From a virus: a DNA stretch of 64,000 nt. How positions within the stretch are numbered: the stretch's first letter is position 1; every line of letters starts with the position of its first letter. The notes under the pieces are model-generated. The model was given only the letters and a program-made list of their open reading frames with translations. It was not told the DNA's origin and made no database searches. Below, in pieces: positions 27,010 through 38,600 of this stretch. The position numbers and the translations under genes are program-made. The DNA is taken from positions 1 through 64,000 of the IMG/VR virus record IMGVR_UViG_3300043449_002510; one strand, given 5' to 3'.

Positions 27010-28698
27010 ATGCCAGATATTGAAGTAACAGTAACAACAACTCCTATTGATGTATATATCAATAGTGATCCTACTGTTTATATTGATACTGCTAATCAAG
27101 GGATACAGGGGCCTGCTGGTCCCACTGGCGATTTTGTATTAAAGTCTGAGACGGGAATTTTTGTTAATAAATCAGAAACAGGATTATTTTATCCTGCAAG
27201 TAATCCAAGCGGTTTTGTTCCAAGTAGCCAGCCAATATTTGAAATTAGGCCTCAAGTAGAACAAGGAGGCGGAGAGTTATTAGGTTTAGCTTATGTTACT
27301 GAGGTTGGAGATAAATTACCAATTGCTACATATCCATCAGAAGTAGTAAAATGGAATGGTACAGAATGGATATCTCAAAAAATAGACTATTCAGAAATAG
27401 AAAATCCTCCAGTAATTCCTCCTGACAGATTACCTTTAACAGCGAATGATGGAGATGCTTTATTCTGGGATAATTCTTTTGAGATTTGGACGAATCGACC
27501 AGTAACAACTGGAGATGTAAATGGTTTAAATACTTTATTAGGAAATTATTTTCAAATTGGTGGTGATTCAAAAGGTCAATCTTTAATTTTAGGAACAAAT
27601 GATCCTTATGATTTAAATTTTGAAACAAGTGGTACAACTAAAATGTCCATTTCTAAAAATGGACTTGTAACAGTTGGTGGCACAGGTTCTCAAAGAATTT
27701 ATATTGATACAACTATAGATGGATCTCCACAAATTAGATGGTCTGGCTCAATACCAAATAAAGGCTCAAGATTAACTTCGAAAGATGGCGGCGGTTATTG
27801 GGTAACCTTAGATCGCGTCGATGGATCTGCAGAAAATTTAAATGTAGCTGGTAATCTTCAGGTTGGTTCTGGTTCTGGAATACAAGCTCAAAGACTTTAT
27901 GTTCGTGGTAACGCTTTAATCACCAACGATTTAACAGTAAACACAAGTGGAAATTTTCTTAGTGGTCTTTTTGTCAATAGGATTCCTGTTTTAACTGGAA
28001 CAAGCGGCACTCAATCTCAAATCAATAATTTATCAATAAGTCTCTCTGGAGCTTATGTTACTTTAGGAACAAATCAAACAATTTCTGGCGACAAAACTTT
28101 TGTCAATGCTTTAATCCTTCAATCTCAAGCAACTGGAAATAATCAAGCTGTAAGAGCAGACAGAAACATTTTTGCTGGCAGCGGTTTAGTTGGAGGCGGA
28201 GATTTAACAACAGATAGAACATTTGATATAGGTCAAGGTTATGGAATATCTGTTTTAAATGATTCTATTGCAGTTAATACGAATGACGTTGTAGTAACTG
28301 CGGGTTATCAACAAATTTATGGTAATAAAGTCTTTGAAGATCAAGCAAATTTTAATTCAACACTAAATGTAGGTTATGTAGATTTGCAAGCTAGTTATAC
28401 ATTAATGGCTGGACCAAGTCAATTTTATATAGCAGATTATGCTAACGAAAAATATGCATTAAAATTTGTTGATGGTACATTTTTTAATTTAAATGGTAAT
28501 GGATCAACTCAAATTAGATTTTATGAAAGCGGCGCTTCTGGATCTTTAATTACTGGTTTTGACAATATTTCTGCTACAAATTTACAAATTAATGGAGATG
28601 GTAATTTTTCCAATAATTTATATATTAATAACTCAAGAGTAGCCACAGAAGCTGAATTAACTAAAAAAATGATAGCTTTTGCCATTGCTTTAGGTTAA
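27010..28698 (+). CDS. Fibre protein
   Basis: Short collagen stretch, QTISGDKTF, AGSGLVGGGDLT, C-terminal IAFAIALG. Confidence 0.7.
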   Translation: MPDIEVTVTTTPIDVYINSDPTVYIDTANQGIQGPAGPTGDFVLKSETGIFVNKSETGLFYPASNPSGFVPSSQPIFEIRPQVEQGGGELLGLAYVTEVGDKLPIATYPSEVVKWNGTEWISQKIDYSEIENPPVIPPDRLPLTANDGDALFWDNSFEIWTNRPVTTGDVNGLNTLLGNYFQIGGDSKGQSLILGTNDPYDLNFETSGTTKMSISKNGLVTVGGTGSQRIYIDTTIDGSPQIRWSGSIPNKGSRLTSKDGGGYWVTLDRVDGSAENLNVAGNLQVGSGSGIQAQRLYVRGNALITNDLTVNTSGNFLSGLFVNRIPVLTGTSGTQSQINNLSISLSGAYVTLGTNQTISGDKTFVNALILQSQATGNNQAVRADRNIFAGSGLVGGGDLTTDRTFDIGQGYGISVLNDSIAVNTNDVVVTAGYQQIYGNKVFEDQANFNSTLNVGYVDLQASYTLMAGPSQFYIADYANEKYALKFVDGTFFNLNGNGSTQIRFYESGASGSLITGFDNISATNLQINGDGNFSNNLYINNSRVATEAELTKKMIAFAIALG

Positions 28699-28728
28699 GT
28701 GTATTTATAATAAAATAAGAAGAAAAAA

Positions 28729-29307
28729 TTGAAAACATTAATAACAGGTTATTTTTTTAATGCCACGGGCCAAAAGGTTATTCTCACTGATTATCCACAA
28801 GTGAGTCTGGAAAGCCTTTTATTAATTACCAATGTAACAAACAATCAAATAATATATAATTTTGCAGATCCATTGGCGGGGGGCTCAGTATCTGGAAATT
28901 CAATTACTCTAGATTATAATACTTCTGGAATGAATAATTCTGATTGTTTGCAGATTTATTATGATACCCCCTATACTCCAGCAACTAATGAAACTTTAAA
29001 TATAATGAGCGGCCAGCTTCAAGCATTGCAAGAACAAAATCTTTTAATGCGTAGAATGCTAAAAGTCACTGAATCTTTATCAATTATTGATACCAACCAA
29101 AGACAAAGGGTTAATATTGATTCATGGGGATTGGGTGGAGGTACTACTTTGGGAAATGTAATTCCAAGAGATGCTGGTAATACAGCAGTAAATAATATTA
29201 ACGGAAATTCTTTTACTTCATCTTTTGCAGCCCCAGATGTTTGGAGAACAATCGATATAGCCAGAAATACTTATCAAAACGCTATAAGAAACAATTTACT
29301 ATTTTAA
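28729..29307 (+). CDS. Virion fibre-associated protein
   Basis: LLLITNVTNNQIIYNFADP motif; TTG start. Confidence 0.6.
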   Translation: MKTLITGYFFNATGQKVILTDYPQVSLESLLLITNVTNNQIIYNFADPLAGGSVSGNSITLDYNTSGMNNSDCLQIYYDTPYTPATNETLNIMSGQLQALQEQNLLMRRMLKVTESLSIIDTNQRQRVNIDSWGLGGGTTLGNVIPRDAGNTAVNNINGNSFTSSFAAPDVWRTIDIARNTYQNAIRNNLLF

Positions 29308-29322
29308 AAACAATTAAAACAT

Positions 29323-32220
29323 ATGCCAGTCACATCAAATTTAAAAAAACAAGTAGATTTGCCTATATACGAGTGGTTAAGACCAGTACCAACTGCCACG
29401 ACTGCAATTTCTTCTTCAACAAGTTCTAGCGCTTTAGCTGGTAGATATTTGTATTATGTTGTTTCTACTCTTTTTTATAGATATGATACTTATTCAGATT
29501 CTTGGCATTTATTAGCGAGTCCAATAACAACTTTAGCAACATTAACAGAAATTCAATATAACTCTTCTTTAGGTTATTATGGTCAAGCAATAGGGCCTGG
29601 AACTGGAAGTAATACAATTGAAATGGCTGCATTTAATGGTAAATCATTAGTTGGTTACAAAATTAGAATTTTATCAGGAAAAGGCGCTGGTCAAGAAAGA
29701 ACAATTACAGATGTAAGTGATCCAATAATAAAAGATAGAGGAATTATAACTACTGTTTCTCAATTGGTTATAACTGACGCCAGCACTGGAGTAAATGCAA
29801 AACAATGGAAGAGTAATGAATACAAAAATTATCAAGTAAGAATAGATTATGGAGCGGGCGTCAATTACGTTCGTAAAATTTTATATAATAATGCTACAAC
29901 ATTAACTATTTATGATCCCGCTTGGACATGTGTTACTCCTTGGTGGGGCGGTGTATTCCCTGTTGCAACTAGTACAACTAACACTTCCTATACTAATTAT
30001 CAAATAGAATCTAATGTCGTAACAGTAGATTCTGCTTGGGATATAAATCCAGATTCAACTTCTAAATTTGTTGTTTTATCTGGAGGAATTTGGTGTGTAT
30101 CTTCGCAAGGTGGAAATCCTTATTTTAACCTTCAATACTATGATGTTATTGCAGATACATGGTATAGAAAATCTGTTCAAGCAGGTCATCTTACTGGAGG
30201 TTTAGGCACAGATATAAGTTTTGAAAGATTTAATGAAAATGGTGGACCTATTACTTCTGGAACTTCCACAAGTATAACTTCTAGAGCTTTATATAATACC
30301 GGAATTTTGATGGAAACTGGAAGATATGCAAATCTTCAATTAAGAATAAAAAATGGTTCTGGCAATGGTCAATTTAGAACAATTTTAACAAATACTTCTA
30401 CTGGAATTTATTTAACTAGAGATTGGGATATAACTCCAAATCAAAACTCTAATTACGAAATTTATAGAGATATAGAAAGTATTTATATGATTGGACATGG
30501 CATTTCTACAATGTTCCAATATAATTTATCTACAGATCAATGGACTCCATCTAAACAATTAGACTTTGGAGTCGCTAGAAATATATCTTATTTTATAAGC
30601 GGAGAGAATGATCCAATTGGTATTTCCAGCATCGCAAGAACTACAAACGGAATATATAGTGCAAGCGTCAATCCTATAAGTGGTGGAACTGGCTATTTAC
30701 TTGATCAAGTTCTTACAATTGCTGGAGGCTCGACAAATGGAACAGCAAGGATAACTTCAGTTAATCTTTCTGGGGCAGTTTTATCTATATCTATGCAAAC
30801 TCCTGGAGCTGGATATACTTCTACTGGAGCAAAAACTACTACAGTAAATCCATTAGGTGGTGCTGGATGCGCTATTGATATAATTTCAACCGGAGATGTA
30901 GGCACTATAACCACCGCCATTAATCATAATGCAAAAATTGATGATGTTATTTTTATAACTGGCGTAACTGGTGCTGCTGGATTTGAAGTTTATAATGGAT
31001 ATAAAAGAGTAGTTGGATCTTTGAATAGCTCGTCTACTGTATTTTATATTACTGGAAATTTTCCAGTTGGAACTCCATTATCAGACGCTCAATCTACAAC
31101 TAGATTAGTAGATGTTAATAAAAATTGGATTTCTGGAGAACATGTTGGGAAGCTTGTTCAAATAGCTGGGGCTGGTCCAGATTCAATTGCTCAAGCTAGG
31201 AGAATTTTATCTAATACTCAAAATGCATTAACTTTTGCAACAGCAACCGCGCCAACAAATGGTGTTTCTAAATATGTTATTCATGATGTGAAACTATTTG
31301 GTACTGATAGAAGTATTATTAGTAAAAAATCTGGAAGTGGTAGAGCAGGAATTGCAACGGGAGGAACAACTACTTCTTTAACTGATTCAACTAAAAATTG
31401 GCCGTCTTTTTATTGGGCTAATACTTCTCCATCTGGAGCTAGTAATACTGGAAGAAAAGTTCGTATAGTTTCTGGAACTGGCGCAGGAAATGAAATGATT
31501 ATTCTTTCTAATGATAGTAATACATTATATTTTGCAGCCCAATCTTTTGTTCCTGATCAAACTTCTGTTTATGTAATAATGGAAAATTTTGGAACCGTAA
31601 CAAGTGGATCTGCAACGACATTAGTAGATACAACTCAAAATTGGATTACAAATTATTGGGTTGGAAAAAGAGTCAGAATAACTTCTGGAACAGGTCAAGC
31701 TAACGAATATCTTATCACAGCTAATACCCAAACAACTTTAACTTTTGGTTCTGCAACTGCTCCAGACTCAACTTCAACGTATGCAATTTTAGATATGGCA
31801 CCAAGAGGTGCTGGAATTCATATTGATGCAATAACAAATTCAAGCGATTCAACATTAAACAATAAATATCTTTATTTCTGGCGCGGTGGCGCAACTACTG
31901 AATTAGCAAGATATAATTATATAACCGAAGATATTGAGTACATTACTTATGTGCCATATGGTGAAACTTTAAGTACTGGTTCAATGTATGTTTATGATGG
32001 TGGCGATAGAATTTATTTTACAAAAGATGCAACTGGCCGTGTTTATTATTTTGATATTACAAAAAATATAGTAGTACCATCTACAACTATTCCTTATGGT
32101 ATGGGTTCTGCAATAATTGGTAATAGAATAGAAATTATTCAAACAGAAGATGGCTTAAAATATCTTTATATAATGCGTCACAGCAGCCAAGAGTTTTGGA
32201 GAACCTTATTATATTTATAA
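29323..32220 (+). CDS. Large virion protein with Kelch/beta-propeller-like segments and repeated inserted beta modules
   Basis: YRYD...DSW motifs; repeated (V)RIxSGTGxGxE/Q...I..N modules. Confidence 0.6.
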   Translation: MPVTSNLKKQVDLPIYEWLRPVPTATTAISSSTSSSALAGRYLYYVVSTLFYRYDTYSDSWHLLASPITTLATLTEIQYNSSLGYYGQAIGPGTGSNTIEMAAFNGKSLVGYKIRILSGKGAGQERTITDVSDPIIKDRGIITTVSQLVITDASTGVNAKQWKSNEYKNYQVRIDYGAGVNYVRKILYNNATTLTIYDPAWTCVTPWWGGVFPVATSTTNTSYTNYQIESNVVTVDSAWDINPDSTSKFVVLSGGIWCVSSQGGNPYFNLQYYDVIADTWYRKSVQAGHLTGGLGTDISFERFNENGGPITSGTSTSITSRALYNTGILMETGRYANLQLRIKNGSGNGQFRTILTNTSTGIYLTRDWDITPNQNSNYEIYRDIESIYMIGHGISTMFQYNLSTDQWTPSKQLDFGVARNISYFISGENDPIGISSIARTTNGIYSASVNPISGGTGYLLDQVLTIAGGSTNGTARITSVNLSGAVLSISMQTPGAGYTSTGAKTTTVNPLGGAGCAIDIISTGDVGTITTAINHNAKIDDVIFITGVTGAAGFEVYNGYKRVVGSLNSSSTVFYITGNFPVGTPLSDAQSTTRLVDVNKNWISGEHVGKLVQIAGAGPDSIAQARRILSNTQNALTFATATAPTNGVSKYVIHDVKLFGTDRSIISKKSGSGRAGIATGGTTTSLTDSTKNWPSFYWANTSPSGASNTGRKVRIVSGTGAGNEMIILSNDSNTLYFAAQSFVPDQTSVYVIMENFGTVTSGSATTLVDTTQNWITNYWVGKRVRITSGTGQANEYLITANTQTTLTFGSATAPDSTSTYAILDMAPRGAGIHIDAITNSSDSTLNNKYLYFWRGGATTELARYNYITEDIEYITYVPYGETLSTGSMYVYDGGDRIYFTKDATGRVYYFDITKNIVVPSTTIPYGMGSAIIGNRIEIIQTEDGLKYLYIMRHSSQEFWRTLLYL

Positions 32221-32224
32221 AATT

Positions 32225-32383
32225 ATGACTATAGACGAATTATTATCAATTTTAAATAATAAAATGAATAATCTAGTATCACAAAAAGGCAATGCTTTTC
32301 TTTCTGGTGATGCAGAAACAGTTTTAAAAATTGAATCTGAAATTGCAAATTTGCAATTAATTATCGATAAATTAAAATCTTAA
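32225..32383 (+). CDS. Small coiled-coil protein, 52 aa (MTIDELLSILNNKMNNL...), not in ORF track
   Basis: Fills the gap between neighbours; ATG to TAA in frame. Confidence 0.7.
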   Translation: MTIDELLSILNNKMNNLVSQKGNAFLSGDAETVLKIESEIANLQLIIDKLKS

Positions 32384-32384
32384 T

Positions 32385-32651
32385 ATGCCATACACTTCTC
32401 CACAAGCAGCTTTAGTAAAATCAGTTGGTGGATTTGGTTCTATTTTTGTAAATACGACCGGTCTTTATACTGGAAATTTTTGCGCTATTCAAGCGGTGGA
32501 AGATTGTAGATTTTTATCTTTAGTTTGTCCAGAAATGGAAAATGCAAGCGGTTGGGTAACAAGCAATCAACTTTTGCCAGCAGGAATGATGATAGCTTCA
32601 AACTTTACTTCTGTTAGTATTACTGGTGTTGCAGTACTTTACAAACATTAA
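32385..32651 (+). CDS. Small hypothetical virion protein
   Basis: ORF track; tight operon spacing. Confidence 0.65.
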   Translation: MPYTSPQAALVKSVGGFGSIFVNTTGLYTGNFCAIQAVEDCRFLSLVCPEMENASGWVTSNQLLPAGMMIASNFTSVSITGVAVLYKH

Positions 32652-32654
32652 TAT

Positions 32655-35600
32655 ATGATAGGAATTTCCAGTTCAAATGTAGGATATTCGAGATCTGCTG
32701 TTGACGCAAAAATCGCAGCAATACCAAAGGTTTCTGGAGTTGTTTATACAACTGGAAATCAAAGCATTAGTGGGTCTAAAACATTTTTAAATGGCTTAAA
32801 TGTTTCTGGAACTGAGGTTATTAGTTCAACAGGTGTATCAAATGTACCCTTAATTGTATCTGGAGTCAGCGGTCAAAGCGCCCACTTATTTAGGACGATA
32901 AACGGAGCAAATGGAAGAATATTGACTTCATCAAGAAGTGATGGAACTCTTGCCGCCAATAAATTAGTTTTATTTAGAGATTCATATGGAAGTGATTTAG
33001 ACATTATTACGATGTCTATTAAAGATAATAATCAAGGTTTGTTAATTTATACTTATGGATCATATTATTGTTTTTCAAATCAAACTCCTGGAAAATTAGT
33101 CTCTGTTGGCGGATATATCGGCGGAACTGGAGATGAAGGATATTTTGCTTTAGGCGGGACAACCGTAACTCCAACTACAAATGGAGATGTATTTTTAAGG
33201 CGTGATGCAGCAAATATTTTTGCTCAACAAAATGGTGTAAATTCCCAGACTTTTAGAGTCTACAATACTTATACCAATACAAATAATTTTGAAAGAGCCA
33301 AAGTTGGCTGGAATAATAACGCCTTAGAAATTGGCACAGAGCAGGGTTCTACAGGTGGGCTTCCTAGAGACATAAAATTTTTGACGAGTGGAGTAGAAAG
33401 AGGTTATTTATCTGCGGATGGTTCATTATTTGCAGTGTCAGGAGTTTTGCAAGCTGGAGTCGGAAACAATAATAGCGCTCCGCAGATAAGAATGGGTGGA
33501 GTTTCTTCTAGCCAATATGCAGGATTTTCAAGAGGAAGTGGCGGCGGAGGCAATGGAGACATACTTGTCTGGAATGGTGGAGTAATGAAAACAGTTTTTT
33601 CTTATCAAGGAGTTTTAATTTCCTCTGATAATGCTTTAATGTTTTCAGATGGAACAAATCCAATTGGTATAAATTCAAAAAATGTTACACTCAGAAGAGA
33701 TGGAAATGGAATCTTGGCTCTAAGAAGTCATACTTTTGATACTAATAATACTCCACAACAATTTAGAATTTATAAAGATGTAAGTGCTACTACTGGCCAA
33801 TTTGGATTAGCAGGTTGGTCTGGTGATAATTTTGTTTTAGGGGCGCAGGCTTTTACTGGCGGAGTTGTATGGAATACAATTATTACTGGTAATTCAATTA
33901 ATTTACTTCCAAAGACTGGGATAGTTAATGTTAGTGGTCAAATTTTGACTAATCAGCGTCCATTGGTCAATGGAACAGGAGTTCTTCTTAGCGGCGAAGC
34001 AGCATCTTTGCCAACTACAATTGTTTATACCACTGGCAGCCAAACCATCTCTGGAAACAAAACTTTCACCGCAGATTTAAAAGCCAGTTCTCTTATCATA
34101 GAACCAGGAAGTTTTAGAATTTTTGATAATGTATTTTCTGGAGACGTTTTGAGTTTAACAGAAGGTTCATCTTTTGTTTTGGGAGCTGGCGCTTCTCAAA
34201 TCGATATATATAATCAAACAATTACTGGTTTTGGAATCTATTCTGATAACATTTATCAAAATGGAAACTTAGTAATAACAACTGCTGATACTGGAAACTT
34301 TTTAACAACATCATCTAATGTTGTTTATACTACTGGATCACAAAATATTACTGATTTAAAAACATTTGAATCTATTCGAATAGGAAATGATGCTGGAATA
34401 TATTTAACTGGTGGAAATAGTCAAATTATTTTCTATGATTCTTATTCTCCATTAGAAGCTCTTAGACTTGAACAAGAATTATTTGATTTAAAAGGGCCAG
34501 GTAATCAAATAATTAGAGTATATAATGGATTAATTGCAGGATTTAGTGAAATTTATTCTGAATATGTATATGGAGATAATTTAGTTTATTTAACCGGCAA
34601 CCAAACAATAACTGGAACTAAATATTTTAATAATGTTTACGCCAATAATCTTTATGTAAATGGTACTGAAACTATTGTTAACACAACTAGTTTAAATGTT
34701 GCAGATAATTTTATCTATTTAAATGCCACTGGAGGAGTAAGAGATGCTGGAATATTTATTAATTTTGCCTCTGATTCAGGAAGCGGCGCTTATATTGGTT
34801 GGGATATACCATCCAACTCATGGAGATTTGGAAGTGGAGTTTCTGAAACTGATTTAGGAACTTTAGATTACATTGCTTCTCAAAGCTGGGTAATAGGTCA
34901 ATCTTATGTAAATACTGGTCAAACTGGTATATTTTTAACTGCTGCTTCTAACGTAGTATATACCACTGGAAATCAAAATATAAGTGGAGTTAAAATTTTT
35001 AATGATGAAGTTATCGCTACTGGATCTTTGACTTTATCTGGAAATGGTGCCCTTTTAAAAGAGGCGGGAACATTTGGAGTACGTTTAGTACCGGCTTACG
35101 GCAGTAGCGCTTGGAGAGTTTCTCTTAACAACGTTCCCAACAATACATATTGCTATTTTGGTTATCATGGTGGCTTTAGAAATGGTTTTTGGAATAATTA
35201 TCTCGGAACTTTTGGGTGGACAGCAGATGGTAATGCTGCTAATACACCAGATACACTTTTAAGTAGAGATGCTGCTGGTATAATAGCTCAACAAAATGGA
35301 GTAAACGCCCAAACATTTAGGGTTTATAATACATACTCCACAACTGGAAGTTTCGAAAGAGCTAAATTAGGTTGGAACTCTAATGTTCTTGAAATTGGTA
35401 CTGAGCAAGGTTCTACTGGCGGAGTTGCAAGAAATTTAGCTTTAGTAACCAGCGGTCAACAAAGAGTTACTGTTGATACTATTGGCAGAGTTGGCATCAA
35501 TACAACTTCTCCTTCGGAAAGATTAAGTGTTAATGGTAACATATTAGTAACTGAATATATAATTAATGCCTCCAATTTAAGCGGCTTAAACACAAATTCT

Positions 35601-38600
35601 ATAGGCGTCAATGCGGGAATCAATGCAACAGGAGCAACTTATTCAAATTTCTTAGGAAATTATGCTGGTTATCAAGCGACCAACGCATTAAAATCAAACT
35701 TTTTAGGTGGATATGCTGGAAACGCTGCAATAAATTCTTCACAAAGTAATTTCTTGGGATATTATGCTGGATTTGGAGCAACAAATGCGAATGATTCAAA
35801 TTTTATTGGTCAACAAGCTGGTCAAAATGCAAATAACGCCAATAATTCTAACTTTTTAGGAAATTATGCTGGTGGTTTTGCAGTTAGTGCATCTAACTCA
35901 ACTTTTATAGGATCATTAGCTGGTTATGAAGCTGTCAGTGGAAACGATAGTAATTTTCAAGGAAATAGAGCTGGTTATCAAGCAAGCGGCGCGAATAATT
36001 CAAACTTTTTAGGTTATCAAGCTGGTTATCAAGCTTCATTAGCAAGGAATAGTAATTTTCAAGGTTATCAAGCTGGTTATCAAGCGACAAGTGGAAACGA
36101 TAGTAATTTCCAAGGATATCGCGCTGGTTATCAAGCTACTAGCGCTAATCGCTCTAACTTTTTAGGATATCAAGCTGGATATCAAGCAACAAATGCATTT
36201 GAATCAAACTTTTTTGGTTATTATGCTGGTTTATCAGCAACAACTGCTAATAATTCTAATTTCTTGGGAACTTTCGCTGGATGGAATGCAGTGAATGGTA
36301 ATAATTCTAACTTTTTTGGATATGCTGCCGGTACTGCTGCAACAAATGCATATCGTTCAAACTTTTTAGGATATTATGCTGGATATGCAGCAACAAATGC
36401 TTATAACTCAAATTTCTTAGGATTTTATGCTGGATATCAAGCTATAAATACTATTAATTCTAATTTCTTGGGATCAGAAGCTGGATATCAAGCAAGTGGT
36501 GCTGACAATAGTAATTTCCAGGGTTTCCAGGTGGGCTATCAGGCAACGAATGCTAATAGTTCTAGTTTTTTTGGTTATCGTGCCGGTTACCAAGCTGCGA
36601 GCGCTAATAACTCTAATTTCTTGGGACAAGAAGCAGGCTATCAAGCTTCTGGCGCTAATAGAAGCAATTTTCAAGGTTATCGTGCTGGTTACCAAGCGGC
36701 AAGCGCAAATCAATCAAATTTCTTGGGATATCAGGCTGGATATGTTGCGACAAATGCATATAGCTCTAACTTTTTTGGATTTCTTGCTGGTTATAATGCT
36801 ATAAATGCAAACAATTCTATTTTTATAGGAGATTATGCTGGTTATAGTTCTACAAATGCAAATAACTCTAATTTCTTAGGAAAACAAGCTGGAAGAGAAA
36901 CTAATGTAGTTTACTCAAACTTTTTAGGAGCTTCAGCTGGATATTTAGCTGCTAGCGCTAGTTATTCTAATTTCTTAGGAAATTACGCTGGATATTCTGG
37001 AGCACTCGCAAGTAATTCTAACTTCTTAGGAAATAACGCTGGGTATTTGGCAGTATATGCATATTACTCAAATTTCTTAGGCTATAGGGCTGGAAATCTT
37101 GCATCGAACGCTGATAATTCCAATTTCTTAGGACAAGATGCAGGATATCAAGCAACAAGCGGCAATAATAGTAATTTTCAAGGTTATCAAGCGGGATATC
37201 AAGCGACTGGCGCTAATAATTCAAATTTCTTAGGAAATCAAGCTGGATATCAAGCGACAAGTAGTAACAATTCAAACTTTTTAGGATATAGAGCGGGTTA
37301 TCAAGCTACAAGTGCTAGTAATTCTAATTTCGTTGGAAATACCGCAGGTCAATCTGCGCCAAATGCTAATCGTTCAAATTTCTTTGGACAACAAGCTGGA
37401 TATTTTGCAACAAGCGGTAATGATTCTAACTTTTTAGGATATCAAGCTGGAAGAGAAGCAGTAAGCGCTAATAACTCAAATTTCTTTGGGTATCAGGCCG
37501 GTTATCAAGCAACAAATGCTTTTAATTGTAATTTCTTGGGACAATATGCAGGGTATCAAGCAAGCGGCTTAAAACAATCAAACTTTTTAGGTAATGCTGC
37601 TGGTCAAAATGCAACTAATGCTGAATTTTCAAACTTTTTGGGTGCTAGTGCCGGTTTTAATTCTACAAATGCATATCATTCAAATTTCTTTGGAAGCAAT
37701 GCGGGTAGAGATGCAGCAACTGGACAATATTCAAACTTCTTTGGATTTAACGCTGGTAGAGAAGCGGTAAATGCTAATAATTCAAACTTTTTCGGATGGT
37801 TTGCGGGTTATCAAGCAAGTGGAGCTAGTAATTCTAATTTCTTAGGAAATTATGCTGGACAACAAGCCACAAATGCAAATAGATCAAATTTCTTTGGCTT
37901 AAATGCTGGTAATGGAGCGAGAAATGCAGCTGATTCAAATTTCTTTGGAAATTTAGCTGGCCAAAGTGCAATAGCTGCTGTATATTCTAACTTTTTAGGA
38001 TTTCAAGTTGGTTATCAAGCGAGTGGTGCAGAAATTTCTAATTTCTTAGGATATCAAGCAGGATATCAAGCAAGCGGCGCAAGTCATTCATTCTTTGCTG
38101 GTTACAGAGCTGGATATCAAGCTCCCAACGCCAATAACAGCATCTTCATTGGTCGAAGTGCTGGTGTTAATGATACAGTTAACAATGCAACTAATAAATC
38201 CTCCATTCTCATTGGTAACTATACTTCTACCAGCGGATATTCTGACAGTATTGCAATTGGTCAAGGTGTTGCAAACAGTGCAACACAACAGTTAAACATT
38301 GGAAATGTTTTATACGCAACAAATATAAACAATGCAACTACTCCAACTTCAACTCCTGTATTAGGAAGAGTTGGTGTGCGCGTAGCAAATCCTCAATATA
38401 CTCTTGACATAAATGGCTCTGGCAATTTCTCCAGCGGCATTTATGTAAGTGGTAATTCTACTTTCTACAACAATTTATCGATAAGCGGCCACTTATCTGC
38501 AACATCCAAAGCATTCAAAATAAATCATTTATCCAAGCCAGGAAAATATTTAATTCACGGCGCTTCTGAAGCTCCAGAGTGGACTGTTTTCGTCAGAGGG

